A stretch of 64,000 bases of DNA from Synechococcus sp. (GCA_051439605.1 JBFRWN010000047.1:21169-85168); one strand, 5' to 3'; numbered from the stretch's first letter, positions 51,020 to 64,000 are shown. The notes: generated by a model not told the origin, from the letters alone. Made by a program: numbers and translations.

Positions 51020-51922
51020 GTGATGCGTGGCTGGCGATCTGCCCTGACCTGCTGCACTGCTCTAGTAGGTATCCATCTTGGTGGGACGACAATTGCGAAC
51101 GCCCAGGAGGTGTTGTCATTGCCCAGTACTCGCGCGACCCGCTGGTTACAAGTGCGAGAGCTGAAAGGCTCTGTGGAGGCTAGACATGGGGGCGGAAAGT
51201 GGCATGACGCCCACCTCAACGATTTGCTGCTGTTCCCTGGGGATGGGGTGACCACCGAGAAAAGTGCCGAGGCCAGCTTGGCGTTTGACGATGGGATTGG
51301 TAGCGTGCGGGTGTTTGAGGATAGCCAGATTCGCATCCTGACCCTGACTATTGATGGGGAAGGGGGAAAAATCACTGAAATTGACGTACCGCAAGGGACC
51401 GCCCGATTTCAAATTCGTCGTTTTAATCGGCCCACGTCTTCCCTGACGATTCAGTCCCCAGCAGGAATTGCAGGGGTCAGGGGCACCGACTTTGGAGTGG
51501 GCATTACCCCCCGAGGGCGAACCGCAGTGGCAACGTTTGAGGGTGCAGTGGAAGCCAAAGCACAGGGGATTGCGGTCAACATCCAGGACGACACCTACTC
51601 GATTGTTATCCCTGGAGAGGAGCCGACCCCCCCAGACTCATTGACCGGCGCAGATGTAGATCTAGGCATTCCTAATGCGGTGCTGATCGCTAATGCCGCT
51701 GTGCCCACTGCACAGATAACAGGTAAGGTGTTCCCGATCAATTTGGTGTACGTCAACGGCGAGATTATCGAGATCGACGTATCCGGTAATTTTGTAGTGG
51801 AGGCAGAGCTGGATCGAGACCAAGAGTTTTTAGTGGAAGTGCGATCGCCCTCTGGAGATGCTCAGGCTTACAAGGTGCAGGTCACTGAGGATGACTGGAC
51901 GCGGCGTCATCTATTGCCCTAG
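51020..51922 (+). CDS. Exported FecR-domain protein
   Basis: Signal peptide, GDGVTT..S.A.L.FDDG, SPAGIAGVRGTDFGV, TFEGAV. Confidence 0.85.
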   Translation: MMRGWRSALTCCTALVGIHLGGTTIANAQEVLSLPSTRATRWLQVRELKGSVEARHGGGKWHDAHLNDLLLFPGDGVTTEKSAEASLAFDDGIGSVRVFEDSQIRILTLTIDGEGGKITEIDVPQGTARFQIRRFNRPTSSLTIQSPAGIAGVRGTDFGVGITPRGRTAVATFEGAVEAKAQGIAVNIQDDTYSIVIPGEEPTPPDSLTGADVDLGIPNAVLIANAAVPTAQITGKVFPINLVYVNGEIIEIDVSGNFVVEAELDRDQEFLVEVRSPSGDAQAYKVQVTEDDWTRRHLLP

Positions 51923-52172
51923 CAGCATCGGCACCCGCCAACACCCACCCTCGCCCCACCCCCAATGACATGCACCAAGATTGAGAACTTGCCGACTGGG
52001 AGCATTCCTGACCTTGAAGTTGCAATTGCGAATGCGGTCTACAGGCAACTGGCATATTCCTTGCGGATAGTTCTGTTCTAGCAAGACAGCTGACTATATA
52101 CTGTGTGGCTAAAGTGAGTCCAGGACAAACGCACAATGGATTGCTGAAATTTTGCGTTCTTTTTTACAATAG

Positions 52173-54503
<2,331 letters not shown>

Positions 54504-55038
54504 AACACTGCAACCTCATTCTGGAAATGTAGTTGGTTAGCAGGGATTACCGTGAGGAAAGCAACAAGATCTCTAAAAGTTTGCCTCGAAAAGATGGGCC
54601 TATGCTTGGAGCATTGTGCGCGACTTCAAAAAAGCTTGATACAGAGGTCAGTCCTGAGGTGAGATATCTCAATGAGTGGACCGTTGACGATGGATCGATC
54701 GCCATTTCGGCCTCGTTTGGCAACCTGCTGACCGCGCAGTTTGGACAATTCACACCTTTGGGTATGCGCAACTACTGACCCTTTCTGAGCATTTGGCATC
54801 ATCGAGTGGATAAGCAAGACAACGCATGTCCAAGGTACGCTACACCCAATCCGAACCTCAAAGAGCTTGATTTCACATTGCCTCCCTGTCATCTCCTTCA
54901 ATCGATGATTTAGAAATAACTAGCAAGTTTCGAATAGATCGTGGTAGTATATATAACAGGAAATGGCTCTTTGTAGAATAGCCAACCTACTGCTCATTTT
55001 GATCGGTAATTTTTTACTTGTCTTAAAAGGAGGTTGAC

Positions 55039-55698
55039 TTGGATCTGCGAAATAGTGTTTTAGTTGAGCAGTACCGTACGATTTACTACCCGATACCAAA
55101 GGTAGCCAATTCTTCAATCAAGACCGTTTGTGCCAATCTTCTTGGTATAGAGATACAAGGCTCAGTTCATGGGTACGAGCTTCCGCGTCCAAAACGATTA
55201 TTTCACAATCTTCGCTACAAGAATTACTTCAAATTTGCTTTTGTACGCAATCCATGGGGTAGATTAGTATCCTGCTACCGCGATAAAATTCAGAATCAAG
55301 CCTCGGGTATAGATACTAAATTTACGATCCGTGAAGGTGTTGCTAATTGTCTTGCACGATTCCCAGAGTTTAAAGCTGGCATGACCTTTGATGAGTTTGT
55401 TGAGGCTGCACATAGCATCCCTGACGCTAAAGCGGATATTCACTTCAAGTCACAGTATGCGTTCATTGGCGATAAAACAGGCCCTAATGCAGTAGATTTT
55501 GTCGGACATTTTGAGCGGCTGGGTGAAGATATCCTGGAAATACAGCAGAAAGCAAACTGGCCCGAATTAAAGCTTCCTCACGTTAAATCTTCACCCAAAA
55601 AAAGCTATCACGGTTACTACAACGATCGAACAAGGCGGTTGGTGAGTGAGCGTTATCGGGAAGATATCGAACTGTTTGGATATCAGTTCGATACGTGA
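55039..55698 (+). CDS. Sulfotransferase family 2 (HNK-1/chondroitin-type) protein
   Basis: PIPKVANSSIK, FAFVRNPWGRLVSCY, DIHFKSQ, DFVGHFERL, YREDIELFGY. Confidence 0.9.
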   Translation: MDLRNSVLVEQYRTIYYPIPKVANSSIKTVCANLLGIEIQGSVHGYELPRPKRLFHNLRYKNYFKFAFVRNPWGRLVSCYRDKIQNQASGIDTKFTIREGVANCLARFPEFKAGMTFDEFVEAAHSIPDAKADIHFKSQYAFIGDKTGPNAVDFVGHFERLGEDILEIQQKANWPELKLPHVKSSPKKSYHGYYNDRTRRLVSERYREDIELFGYQFDT

Positions 55699-56489
55699 TA
55701 GCGGCTGCACTGATATTCCCTCAGGGCTAAATCTGATACCCCCAGAATTAAAAATTGCCTTCAATACTTTTTTTGAGTTCGTTTCCTGCCATCGGCTACG
55801 TCGTTGAGCAGGAAAGCGAGCTTGCACCACTTGTTGGGGTTATTTGGGATGCCAAGTGCTTCTCCTTCAAATCCTGATGCTATGCGCCGGTTCTCCCATA
55901 GGCAGGTCACTCTCAGTCACTTTCCTGTTGCATATCCTGATAACTTTGACGATTTACTAGCAAAATTTTCCCGGCAGCGAACTGCAGATCGAGGTCCCTT
56001 GACATTTCAGCGTAATTTGAGCGATGCCATCACACTTGACTACTGAGTAGAAAAACAATATCGACACCTGCCAACCACAGGTGAGTCAAGACGCAAATTT
56101 TACTTCTCATTTCCAAAGCAGAGTAAATATACAGCCTAATAAAGTCTGTGCTCTGAAGCAAAAGAATTCACCTGAAGATTTGTGCAATGAAGTCGCTGCA
56201 TGAAGATAGCCTGTGTTTTAAGTTGGCCCTTGAGATTCGAAAATATTACTCCAAAAGAATAAAAACAAAAATATATTTATACTCGACTTTCGAGTTAGGC
56301 GTAGTCTAAATATAAAAACTTTTTGGATTAGTCTGAGCAAAAATCAATAAGTATATACACTGACATCATGCGCATATTTATTTGACAACAAAAGAGTAGG
56401 AATTCGTACGTGTTCCGAAATTTATGCAAACTTGATTTTTTATGTATTATTTCTTAGGCGAATTTCAGTAGTAACACCAATCTAAAATC

Positions 56490-57290
56490 ATGGAAAATCT
56501 AGACCGGCTTAGAGATTCGTCAGTCATTCGCGTTCTAGTGGTCGATGACCTTAAAATGATGCGCAATCTGCTTTACGACTACGCGAATTCTGCTGCGGAT
56601 ATTGAAGTGGTGGGCTTTGCAAACAACGGTCGAGACGCTGTCGATCAAGCACTTAAACTCAATCCAGATGTGGTGCTGATGGATATCGAGATGCCCGAGA
56701 TGAATGGCATTGAAGCGATTCAGGTGCTACGCGAACGCAAAGCGATATCCAAGATACTCGTTGTCAGCGCATCCTACGAGGATCGCTACCTAGTTGAAGC
56801 ATTGCGGCAGGGGGCAATGGGGTATCTTCTCAAGACATCATCTTGCGAGGAATTAGTCTCAGCGATTCGTGGAGTCCATAGCGGTAAGCTGCAGTTTGGT
56901 AGTGGCGTGCTGCAACGGGAGTTGTCAAGTATGGCTGTCGGAGCCCAAGAAAAGGCGATATCCAGCTTGACTACTACATTGAACGGCAGGAACAGCAAAG
57001 GTCATCGTCCATCAATCAAGAGGGTGGATATTGGCAATCTGGCAGCCAGCGGTGGAGTCGCAACACTTCCGGACAGAATGCTATCAAGTGGCCAAATTCA
57101 AGTTAATAACTCAACGCTGTCCATCGACCCACAGGAGTTAGCCAGCGAACTGTCGCAAATCCGAGCGGGATACTGGGTCTTGAGGTCTAAAATGCAAACA
57201 ATGCGGACTTGGATTGAATCCCTCAGCATTGGATTAGTGACCTCGGTAGCCCTGACGGTAATTTTGGTACTGATGAGCTCCACAGGTTAA
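56490..57290 (+). CDS. Response regulator with receiver domain and C-terminal TM segment
   Basis: VLVVDD, LMDIEMPEMNG, GYLLK; no HTH; hydrophobic tail LSIGLVTSVALTVILVLM. Confidence 0.85.
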   Translation: MENLDRLRDSSVIRVLVVDDLKMMRNLLYDYANSAADIEVVGFANNGRDAVDQALKLNPDVVLMDIEMPEMNGIEAIQVLRERKAISKILVVSASYEDRYLVEALRQGAMGYLLKTSSCEELVSAIRGVHSGKLQFGSGVLQRELSSMAVGAQEKAISSLTTTLNGRNSKGHRPSIKRVDIGNLAASGGVATLPDRMLSSGQIQVNNSTLSIDPQELASELSQIRAGYWVLRSKMQTMRTWIESLSIGLVTSVALTVILVLMSSTG

Positions 57291-57435
57291 TGTCTTGGGA
57301 GCAGTTTGAGAGTGACTTTTCTGTCAGGTCTTGATTAGAATTGAAGCCTCATTTGTTATCACAGGACCTCACAAATTACAGGTGCAAAATATCAGCTAAG
57401 CTATCCTGCCAGGAGGCGAATTCATCCTTCTTAAG

Positions 57436-58614
57436 CTAGTACCTAAACACTCCTAAAAAGTTATGGACTCGAGGCGGACGACCTTCAAAGTTGACGATAC
57501 GATCGCTCACATAAAGCGTTGACGACGTCCCGCCATCTAAATTCAAGGCATTCCGACACCCCAACTGTTGCATTAAAACAGCCATCTCCCCTAACGTAAT
57601 GCCGGTGTCCTCTTCCCCCTTGCCAGCAGTGACGAGCAGCAGCGTGCGATCGCCCGTCAACCCTACAGCGCTACGGGCTGCCCGCTGCGTAGGAAACGGA
57701 GGCCGAAAGCGCTCTAGCTCGGCATCTAGAACGACGAGTCCATCTTTTAAGAGCAGTGGCCCAGCACCAATGGCATGAGGATAAAGGGACAGAATTTCGG
57801 GGGAGATCTGCGACTGTAGGCTGATGTCTTGCCCCACTCTCAAATTTCTGGCTTGAGCGGCAGCATCCGTTTGGCGAGCCACCACCAGATAACCGTTGAC
57901 CGGAATCTTCACTGTAAGAGACTTTGCCTCTGCTGCCGTTTGAATATCGACGATGCGATCGCCAACCACCGCGATCGCCACTTCGTCATCAGTTTCGGTG
58001 GTGTAATCTGTTCCCCACACGGGGGTATATCTGGCAAACCCTGCTCGAAAATAGCCGCTGTTCAAATCCGTGACCAACAACGAACTACCGTCCGACAGTT
58101 GCAGGATTTCGTGGAATTTGACGCGATCGAAGAAGAAATCGCCCGTATCGGTCCAAGCCATCACCCCCCGCCCCAAAATCGGCCCGGACACCCAGGTGTT
58201 ATCTACCTTGAGACCCCCCAAAGGTTGATGGGTGATGCGACTAAAAAAGCCCCCATTGATAACAATGTCAGCCCCTTCTCGATCGGCTGCCGATTGCGTA
58301 TCCAGCAACCCCGGCACTTGGTGGGGGCTAGCCCCCCAAAAGGGCCGCAACTTAAAGCCTGGCTGGGTCACGTCCAGCTCGACGACAGAAACCGTGACGG
58401 AGGCGCTGCCCAATTTGGCCTGAAAGCGTTTGAGGTTGCCGAAACCCACCCCAGGACTGTTGGCGGATAGCTCTGGGGCGATGGGTTGCGCGATCGCAGA
58501 ATCCCAGCGGGAAGATATCCAGTGAGGGGCGGGCCACTCTCCCCCTAAGCTCGCGGCTACCGTCAGCGGCAAGAGTCCTAAAGCTGCAGCCACCCACTTC
58601 CGATATCCAACCAT
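57436..58614 (-). CDS. Phosphodiester glycosidase (NAGPA/DUF2233) family protein
   Basis: Signal peptide, INGGFF, GAGPLLL, ARSAVG, ALNLDGGTSS. Confidence 0.9.
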   Translation of the reverse strand: MVGYRKWVAAALGLLPLTVAASLGGEWPAPHWISSRWDSAIAQPIAPELSANSPGVGFGNLKRFQAKLGSASVTVSVVELDVTQPGFKLRPFWGASPHQVPGLLDTQSAADREGADIVINGGFFSRITHQPLGGLKVDNTWVSGPILGRGVMAWTDTGDFFFDRVKFHEILQLSDGSSLLVTDLNSGYFRAGFARYTPVWGTDYTTETDDEVAIAVVGDRIVDIQTAAEAKSLTVKIPVNGYLVVARQTDAAAQARNLRVGQDISLQSQISPEILSLYPHAIGAGPLLLKDGLVVLDAELERFRPPFPTQRAARSAVGLTGDRTLLLVTAGKGEEDTGITLGEMAVLMQQLGCRNALNLDGGTSSTLYVSDRIVNFEGRPPRVHNFLGVFRY

Positions 58615-58729
58615 CTGACTTACTCCCGCTAGCGATCGCGGCCAAGAGTTTACATGGGCTTATCTGGCGAACCTCTTTGCTAGTTCCGCAATGGCCCATT
58701 CCCGATTGTAGAAGCAGGATTTTGTTTGG

Positions 58730-59176
58730 CTAGTCTGTCTTTCCACTGATTTGAACGGAGACAGTGCGGCGGCGGGGGCCATCCAGCTCGAACAGCAGTA
58801 CCGATTGATAGGTGCCCAAAGCCAGCTTGCCATCCACAATCGGAATCATCTCGCTGTTGCTCAGGGTGATAGCCATCAGGTGGGAATGGGCGTTTTCAGG
58901 CTCGTCCGCAGGGATGTTGGGCCGCAAGTGGAGGTCGTTGTGCAGGTAGCGATCGTCGGGGGGAGCCAGCTTTGCCAAATAGGTTTTGATGTCCTCCAGT
59001 AGGCGTTCTTCGTACTCGTTCACCGCCAGTGCAGTGGTGGTATGGCGGGAAAAAACTAGGATGTGACCGCTGGTAACTAAGGACTTTTCCAGCAGCTCCT
59101 GAATGTGTGGGGTGAGGTTGTAGAGCTGAATACCTGCTTCGGTTTCGATTTCAACGATGTGATGGGCGATGGGCAC
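58730..59176 (-). CDS. yjbQ: YjbQ family (secondary thiamine-phosphate synthase)
   Basis: HTTTALAVNE, YLHND, NAHSHL, LGTYQSVLLFELDGPR. Confidence 0.93.
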   Translation of the reverse strand: MPIAHHIVEIETEAGIQLYNLTPHIQELLEKSLVTSGHILVFSRHTTTALAVNEYEERLLEDIKTYLAKLAPPDDRYLHNDLHLRPNIPADEPENAHSHLMAITLSNSEMIPIVDGKLALGTYQSVLLFELDGPRRRTVSVQISGKTD

Positions 59177-59314
59177 GGCTATCCTCTAACGCTAGGAGCA
59201 TTATCGGGGGTAAGAGGAATCGAGCGCCGACCACGGGTCATAGGCAACTGATTTTCCACTCATGAACTCCCCCTCCGTCTCCCCATCTGCAGTGAAAAAA
59301 CTGCCTAGCAGCCC

Positions 59315-60148
59315 CTATGGTAACCAAGGAAACTGGCGAAAATCTGGCGAGCGCTTTTCCAAAAATGCCTGTTTCCCTTCGCTGCCTTCCTCGTTCATGT
59401 AATAAAGCAGCGTGGCATTGCCCGCGAGCTCCTGTAGACCTGCCTGACCATCGCAATCAGCGTTAAACGCGGCTTTGAGGCAACGGATGGCCAGCGGACT
59501 CTTACTCAACACCTCCTGTGCCCACTCGACCCCTTCGGTTTCTAGGCGATCGACCGGTACAACAGTATTCACGAGACCCATATCCAGTGCCGCTTGGGCA
59601 TCGTACTGACGGCATAGAAACCAAATCTCGCGAGCTTTTTTCTGACCCACAACGCGAGCCAGATAGCTGGCCCCAAATCCCCCGTCAAAGCTGCCCACCT
59701 TCGGGCCAGTTTGGCCAAAAATAGCATTGTCGGCGGCGATGGAGAGATCGCAAAGGAGATGCAGAACGTGGCCCCCACCAATCGCATATCCCGCAACTAA
59801 AGCTATGGTGACTTTCGGAATCGAGCGAATCAACCGCTGAAGATCCAACACATTCAGGCGGGGCACTCCATCCCGACCCACATATCCAGCCTTACCCCGA
59901 ACGCTTTGATCGCCGCCAGAGCAAAAGGCATATTTACCGTCGGTGTGTGGCCCCGCACCCGTTAGAAAAATCACGCCGATACTAGGGTCCTCCCGAGCAT
60001 CGCAGAAGGCGTCGTACATCTCGAACACCGTCTTGGGGGTAAAGGCGTTGCGCTTGTGAGGACGGTTGATGGTGACTTTCGCCATGCCATCGGCCTTGTG
60101 GTACAAAATCTCGTCGTAAGATTTGGCGGCCTGCCAGTCAACTTGCAT
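59315..60148 (-). CDS. menB: 1,4-dihydroxy-2-naphthoyl-CoA synthase
   Basis: [46 protein letters not shown]. Confidence 0.98.
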   Translation of the reverse strand: MQVDWQAAKSYDEILYHKADGMAKVTINRPHKRNAFTPKTVFEMYDAFCDAREDPSIGVIFLTGAGPHTDGKYAFCSGGDQSVRGKAGYVGRDGVPRLNVLDLQRLIRSIPKVTIALVAGYAIGGGHVLHLLCDLSIAADNAIFGQTGPKVGSFDGGFGASYLARVVGQKKAREIWFLCRQYDAQAALDMGLVNTVVPVDRLETEGVEWAQEVLSKSPLAIRCLKAAFNADCDGQAGLQELAGNATLLYYMNEEGSEGKQAFLEKRSPDFRQFPWLP

Positions 60149-60239
60149 AGGAGAGTGGAGAAAAAGTCGTTGCAATTTTAACGCGGGGTGGTGACTGACT
60201 TGTCCGCGAGTCGTTGCAATCGAGCGGTCGGATTTCCCC

Positions 60240-61316
60240 TTATGCCCCCTTCAAGGTGTTTCGGATCAGCTCGGCAGTGGCTTGGCTGGCATTCTGCTGA
60301 CTCCGTGCCTGCAACGCTGCCTGCATGGTCTCAAGCCGGTCGCGGCGATCCAGCCATTGGTTCCCCAACTGAGCCAGCGCCTCAGCCGTAAGGTCGTTCT
60401 CTCGATGGACAATCGCTGCGCCACTGCGGGCAAAGGCGATCGCGTTGAAATATTGATGATCCTCCGCTGCATAAGGATAGGGAATCAGGATGGCTGGGGT
60501 GTGGGTGACCTCCAGTTCTGCTAACGTCATCGCCCCAGAACGACAGATGGCAAAGCTGGCCCGCTGATAGATAGCCGCCATATCTGGCCGGAAGGGAAAG
60601 TGCAGGTATTGCGGAGAATCGGGTGCTTGTGTCACGACTTCTGCTGCATCTAACTCCCCCGTTAAATGCACAATCCAAGCACCCCGATCGATCCAAGCGG
60701 GTGCAGCTTGGGTGACTAAACGATTGAGTCCTCTGGCCCCCTGACTGCCTCCACTGATCGCGATGACAGGAGCGTCGTCGGGAATATTCAGGTCTAGAGG
60801 TTGGGGATGGTTAAAAATATCCCGAACGGGATTGCCCACCACCTTAATCTCTGGAGCGGATAGCTGGCGAGCAGCATCCTCAACCCCTAACGCCAAGACG
60901 CTGCAGCGGGGAGCCAGCCAGCGGGTGACCTTACCAGGTAAAGCATTAGATTCGTGCAAAATCACCGGCAACCCCAGCGATCGCGCCGCTAGAATGGCCG
61001 GGGCCGAGATGTACCCTCCGGTGGTAAACACGCCGGCAAATTGACCGCTCTGCAACAATTTGCGCACTTTCAGAAAAGAAAGGCCCAGCTGCCAAAAGGC
61101 TTTGAGATAGCTGAGCCCAGGGGGGCCTTGCAGGCCCGACATGCTCACCGTAGTGATGGGGTACTGGCTGATGAGTTGCGTTTCGAGGCGATCGGGTACC
61201 CCTAACCATTCAATATCCCAATCGTATAAACATTCAGCCACTGCTAGTGCGGGAAATAGGTGACCGCCAGTGCCGCTGGCGGCAACAAGCAAACGTTGTG
61301 GGGAAAGGGTGGACAC
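60240..61316 (-). CDS. murG: Undecaprenyl-PP-MurNAc-pentapeptide N-acetylglucosaminyltransferase
   Basis: [49 protein letters not shown]. Confidence 0.96.
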   Translation of the reverse strand: MSTLSPQRLLVAASGTGGHLFPALAVAECLYDWDIEWLGVPDRLETQLISQYPITTVSMSGLQGPPGLSYLKAFWQLGLSFLKVRKLLQSGQFAGVFTTGGYISAPAILAARSLGLPVILHESNALPGKVTRWLAPRCSVLALGVEDAARQLSAPEIKVVGNPVRDIFNHPQPLDLNIPDDAPVIAISGGSQGARGLNRLVTQAAPAWIDRGAWIVHLTGELDAAEVVTQAPDSPQYLHFPFRPDMAAIYQRASFAICRSGAMTLAELEVTHTPAILIPYPYAAEDHQYFNAIAFARSGAAIVHRENDLTAEALAQLGNQWLDRRDRLETMQAALQARSQQNASQATAELIRNTLKGA

Positions 61317-61398
61317 CGACGAACTTCTCCAAAAATAAATGGGATAGTTGCACTAGTCAACATATCCCTCATCCCATCTAGGTTGCTAAGATGCCTGC

Positions 61399-62316
61399 AT
61401 GGCTTCAGAGTCCTTGAGAGGTAGAATCTTGAACCGGTTGTTTGATGGCAATACTCCGCTAGGTCAACATTGTTGCTCTCAGAAATGGCGCCCGATCGCC
61501 GCTGCTATGGTGGTCTCGCTATCTCTTTTTGGCACCCCCGCCTGCTCGCAAACAGTGCCCCCCAATGACAGCGCTGTAGACGTCCCGACTGATGCTCAAG
61601 CTGATGATATTCCAGAGGAATTACAAACTGCCGTGGACGGCATGCTAGAAGCCGCTAACGATCGCGACTTATCTGCGGTAATGGCCTTCTATGACGCCGA
61701 CTTTCAGCATTCAGATGGGTTGGATTTGAATGAGGTGTCCGCCGTTATCGATAACTTTTGGGACGTCTATACCGAACTGAACTATGACGCAACTATCCAA
61801 AGTTGGGAGGACACTCCGGAAGGGTTGACCGCCACGATCTTAACGGAGCTGACGGGGGCACAAGTCTCAGAACGAGGGGATTTTGAGCTAGAGGCCCATA
61901 GCACGGTATTGAATCAGTTTGAATATAACGATGACGGCCAGTTACTGCTGGTTAGCCAAGAGATTTTAGACGAATTCAGTCGCTTGACCTCCGGAGATGC
62001 TCCCCCCGAAGTTACGCTCAAAATTCCGTCCAAGGTGAGTATTGGCACGGAATTTGACTTAGAAGCGATTGTTGAACAACCCTTGGGGGAAAGCCTGCTT
62101 TTGGGTGGGGCAGCAGAAGAACCCATCAACGCCCAATCCTATTTAAAGAGTCCTGCCTTGCCATTGCAGCCTCTGCAAGCGGGTGGGCTGTTTCGTCGAG
62201 CTGATGCCCCCGAACTCCCAGGTGCCGAGTGGGTCTCGGTCATGTTGGTCAGCGATGGTGGTATCGTCATTGAGGGTCGCCGGCTTCAATTTGTAATTGG
62301 GCCAACGGAATACTGA
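61399..62316 (+). CDS. NTF2/SnoaL-like exported protein
   Basis: AAN.RDL..VM.FY..DF.HSDG; LTSG..PP; AGGLF. Resembles a cyanobacterial NTF2-like family. Confidence 0.75.
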   Translation: MASESLRGRILNRLFDGNTPLGQHCCSQKWRPIAAAMVVSLSLFGTPACSQTVPPNDSAVDVPTDAQADDIPEELQTAVDGMLEAANDRDLSAVMAFYDADFQHSDGLDLNEVSAVIDNFWDVYTELNYDATIQSWEDTPEGLTATILTELTGAQVSERGDFELEAHSTVLNQFEYNDDGQLLLVSQEILDEFSRLTSGDAPPEVTLKIPSKVSIGTEFDLEAIVEQPLGESLLLGGAAEEPINAQSYLKSPALPLQPLQAGGLFRRADAPELPGAEWVSVMLVSDGGIVIEGRRLQFVIGPTEY

Positions 62317-62361
62317 TGTCCTAAGGAATGCGGGCAGTTCATAATCTCTAATAAATTAGGA

Positions 62362-62387
62362 CGATCCGAAATGTCATTTTCGGATCG
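62362..62387. terminator. Hairpin between convergent genes
   Basis: CGATCCGAAA / TTTCGGATCG perfect 10-bp stem with a 6-nt loop. Confidence 0.55.
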
Positions 62388-62618
62388 ATATTTCATGGCT
62401 ATCTGTGAAAGAAACCGATGTAGGTTGTGTTTTTCACGGACAGATCGTTCGTTCGACGATCAAAATTGGCGTTCATAGAATAATGGCAAATGCTGAAGCT
62501 GAGCTATTTGTCGAAATAAAGACTTTTGATGGAGTAAACAACGATCGGTATTGGCAGCCTTCACCTGCTAGGGATTGCACTGTTAATCTCCAGTTCTAAG
62601 CGTCATAAACGACTCAAC

Positions 62619-63797
62619 TTATGTAACGTTTGAAAACGCAAGCTCAACGGCTTCTCCAAACAGTCTTGGAGGCTCTAAGAGCTCCCGAGCAGTTTGTTGG
62701 GCTCCCTGCTTGAGCTGCATGTATAACGTTTCGTCCTCCAACAAGCGTCCAATATTGTGTTGCAGGTCGTCTACCGAATCTGTCTTAAATAAAAGACCAT
62801 TTTCTTCGTGCTTGACTAAATAGGGAAAGGGGCCAAAGTCAGGTGAAACTACCGGAATTCCCATTACCAATCCTTCCATTGCAGCCATACAGCGGCCCTC
62901 AGGGAATTCTCCTTGCGTTGGAGTGACTACTGCATAGCTTTTCTGAATTAAGGCGAGCAGTTTGTCATGATCGACTCGGCCCATCACGACAACAGTCTCG
63001 TCTAAAGATGCGTTACGGATTTCGTCGCGTAACTTATTTATATCAGGTCCAACCCCAGCATAGACTAGCTTTAAAGACGGATGTTTTTGAAAATGTTGTT
63101 TGGAGGCCTCCAAGAGATCGAAAATCCCTTTACAGGTATTGATTCGTCCAATAAAAAGTAGGATTCGATCCGATTCAGATACCCCGGGCACTTCCGGAGC
63201 CAGAGCAGTATTATTCTCGTAAATTGAGGTATCGAACTTGATATCAAACTCAAATAAATTATCTTTAGGCACTCCTAAAGTGAGCATTTGGTCGTGTAAA
63301 AAAGGGCCATGACAGATCGTTGCATCTGCCCTTTTCATGACCCAGCGATCGATGCTTTCTGTCAATGCTGCCGAGGTGCTGATATCTGATTTGTCAGAGA
63401 CTAATCTGTTATGTCTAGATTGCACCATAGGTACTGAAAAGATCTTCGAGAATAGATAAGAAGCCCATAACGTGCTCCTCGAAGAACCACATATCATGCG
63501 ATCGGGACGAAAACGCATTAGGTTATAAAACAACTGGAAAGATGATGAAATCGGGTAAACAATCTTTTGGATCGGACCTTTGCCAAACAGTTTGAAAACA
63601 CGCGCTTGCACGTTGCCGTTAGAGTATTCTGCATTTCTGCTAGAGCCGGATAAGACTAATATATTGTCCCCCTGGTAGCAATGGAATAAATTGCTGCTAA
63701 AGGCGTCTTGCCCGCCGGATGTACCCTCGCCTTCAGCTGGCATGATCCGTCCGAGTTGCTCCACTGCATCGCCATTTTTCACATAGGCAATTTTCAT
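62619..63797 (-). CDS. Glycosyltransferase family 4 (GT-B)
   Basis: LFIGRI..CKG, AGVGP, PEGRCMAAMEG (EX7E), ENGLLF. Confidence 0.88.
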   Translation of the reverse strand: MKIAYVKNGDAVEQLGRIMPAEGEGTSGGQDAFSSNLFHCYQGDNILVLSGSSRNAEYSNGNVQARVFKLFGKGPIQKIVYPISSSFQLFYNLMRFRPDRMICGSSRSTLWASYLFSKIFSVPMVQSRHNRLVSDKSDISTSAALTESIDRWVMKRADATICHGPFLHDQMLTLGVPKDNLFEFDIKFDTSIYENNTALAPEVPGVSESDRILLFIGRINTCKGIFDLLEASKQHFQKHPSLKLVYAGVGPDINKLRDEIRNASLDETVVVMGRVDHDKLLALIQKSYAVVTPTQGEFPEGRCMAAMEGLVMGIPVVSPDFGPFPYLVKHEENGLLFKTDSVDDLQHNIGRLLEDETLYMQLKQGAQQTARELLEPPRLFGEAVELAFSNVT

Positions 63798-63888
63798 CTA
63801 CCTAACCCCCTATCTCTCACCAATTAATGTTCAATATCATACCAGCAGCCGATTAACTGACAAACCTAAGTGAACCTGAGTTCGATGG

Positions 63889-63988
63889 CCCTCTCCCCTA
63901 GCCCCTCTCCCGGCTCGGGAAAGGGGAACAAGAGCCTCGAAAGCCTATATTTCCTTTCAAGTAGCCCCAGAATTTGCATTAGGGGCTA
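63889..63988. repeat. REP-like palindromic elements
   Basis: CCCTCTCCCCTAGCCCCTCTCCCG-GCT-CGGGAAAGGGG (63889-63926) and TAGCCCC..GGGGCTA (63962-63988). Confidence 0.6.
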
Positions 63989-64000
63989 ATTCTATCGAAC

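Noticed and set aside
54533..54901. Short ORFs downstream of icd
   Set aside because: No RBS or recognisable domain; they may be gene debris but I cannot support a call
57829..58470. Long antisense or alternative-frame ORFs (this 213-aa one and others inside polA, pepN, icd and the cyclase)
   Set aside because: They are shadows of well-supported genes and carry no recognisable motifs

Overview
This is a gene-dense cyanobacterial chromosome segment. The HIP1 octamer GCGATCGC is abundant, and ccsA, YggT/Ycf19, DUF1995, DUF3352 and a pentapeptide-repeat protein are present. A HemY-type protoporphyrinogen oxidase suggests an early-branching lineage (inference). Most genes are housekeeping: smpB, hemY, polA, dxs, gltA, pepN-type M1 peptidase, pgsA, ruvC, ftsW, murD, ccsA, icd, menB and murG. 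AT-rich glycan-modification patches (sulfotransferases and GT2/GT4 enzymes) lie at about 12.5-16.8 kb, 55-56.5 kb and 62.6-63.8 kb. I saw no rRNA, tRNA, CRISPR array, intact transposase or prophage. The most notable items are: (1) a ~1440-aa cyclase-cyclase-STAND NTPase-TPR protein with the architecture and motifs of mammalian soluble adenylyl cyclase, apparently lacking the adenine-specifying Lys; (2) a decayed methyltransferase followed by an attC-like hairpin, i.e. a probable orphan integron cassette; (3) a 59-aa small protein with a good RBS that the ORF track missed; (4) a probable frameshift-split sulfotransferase-GT2 fusion; (5) a monomeric isocitrate dehydrogenase; (6) degenerate pseudo-enzymes or regulators (beta-CASP protein, Asp-less NarL-type regulator, membrane-anchored response regulator); (7) a structured intergenic region upstream of gltA. 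All calls come from reading motifs by eye; no searches were run.
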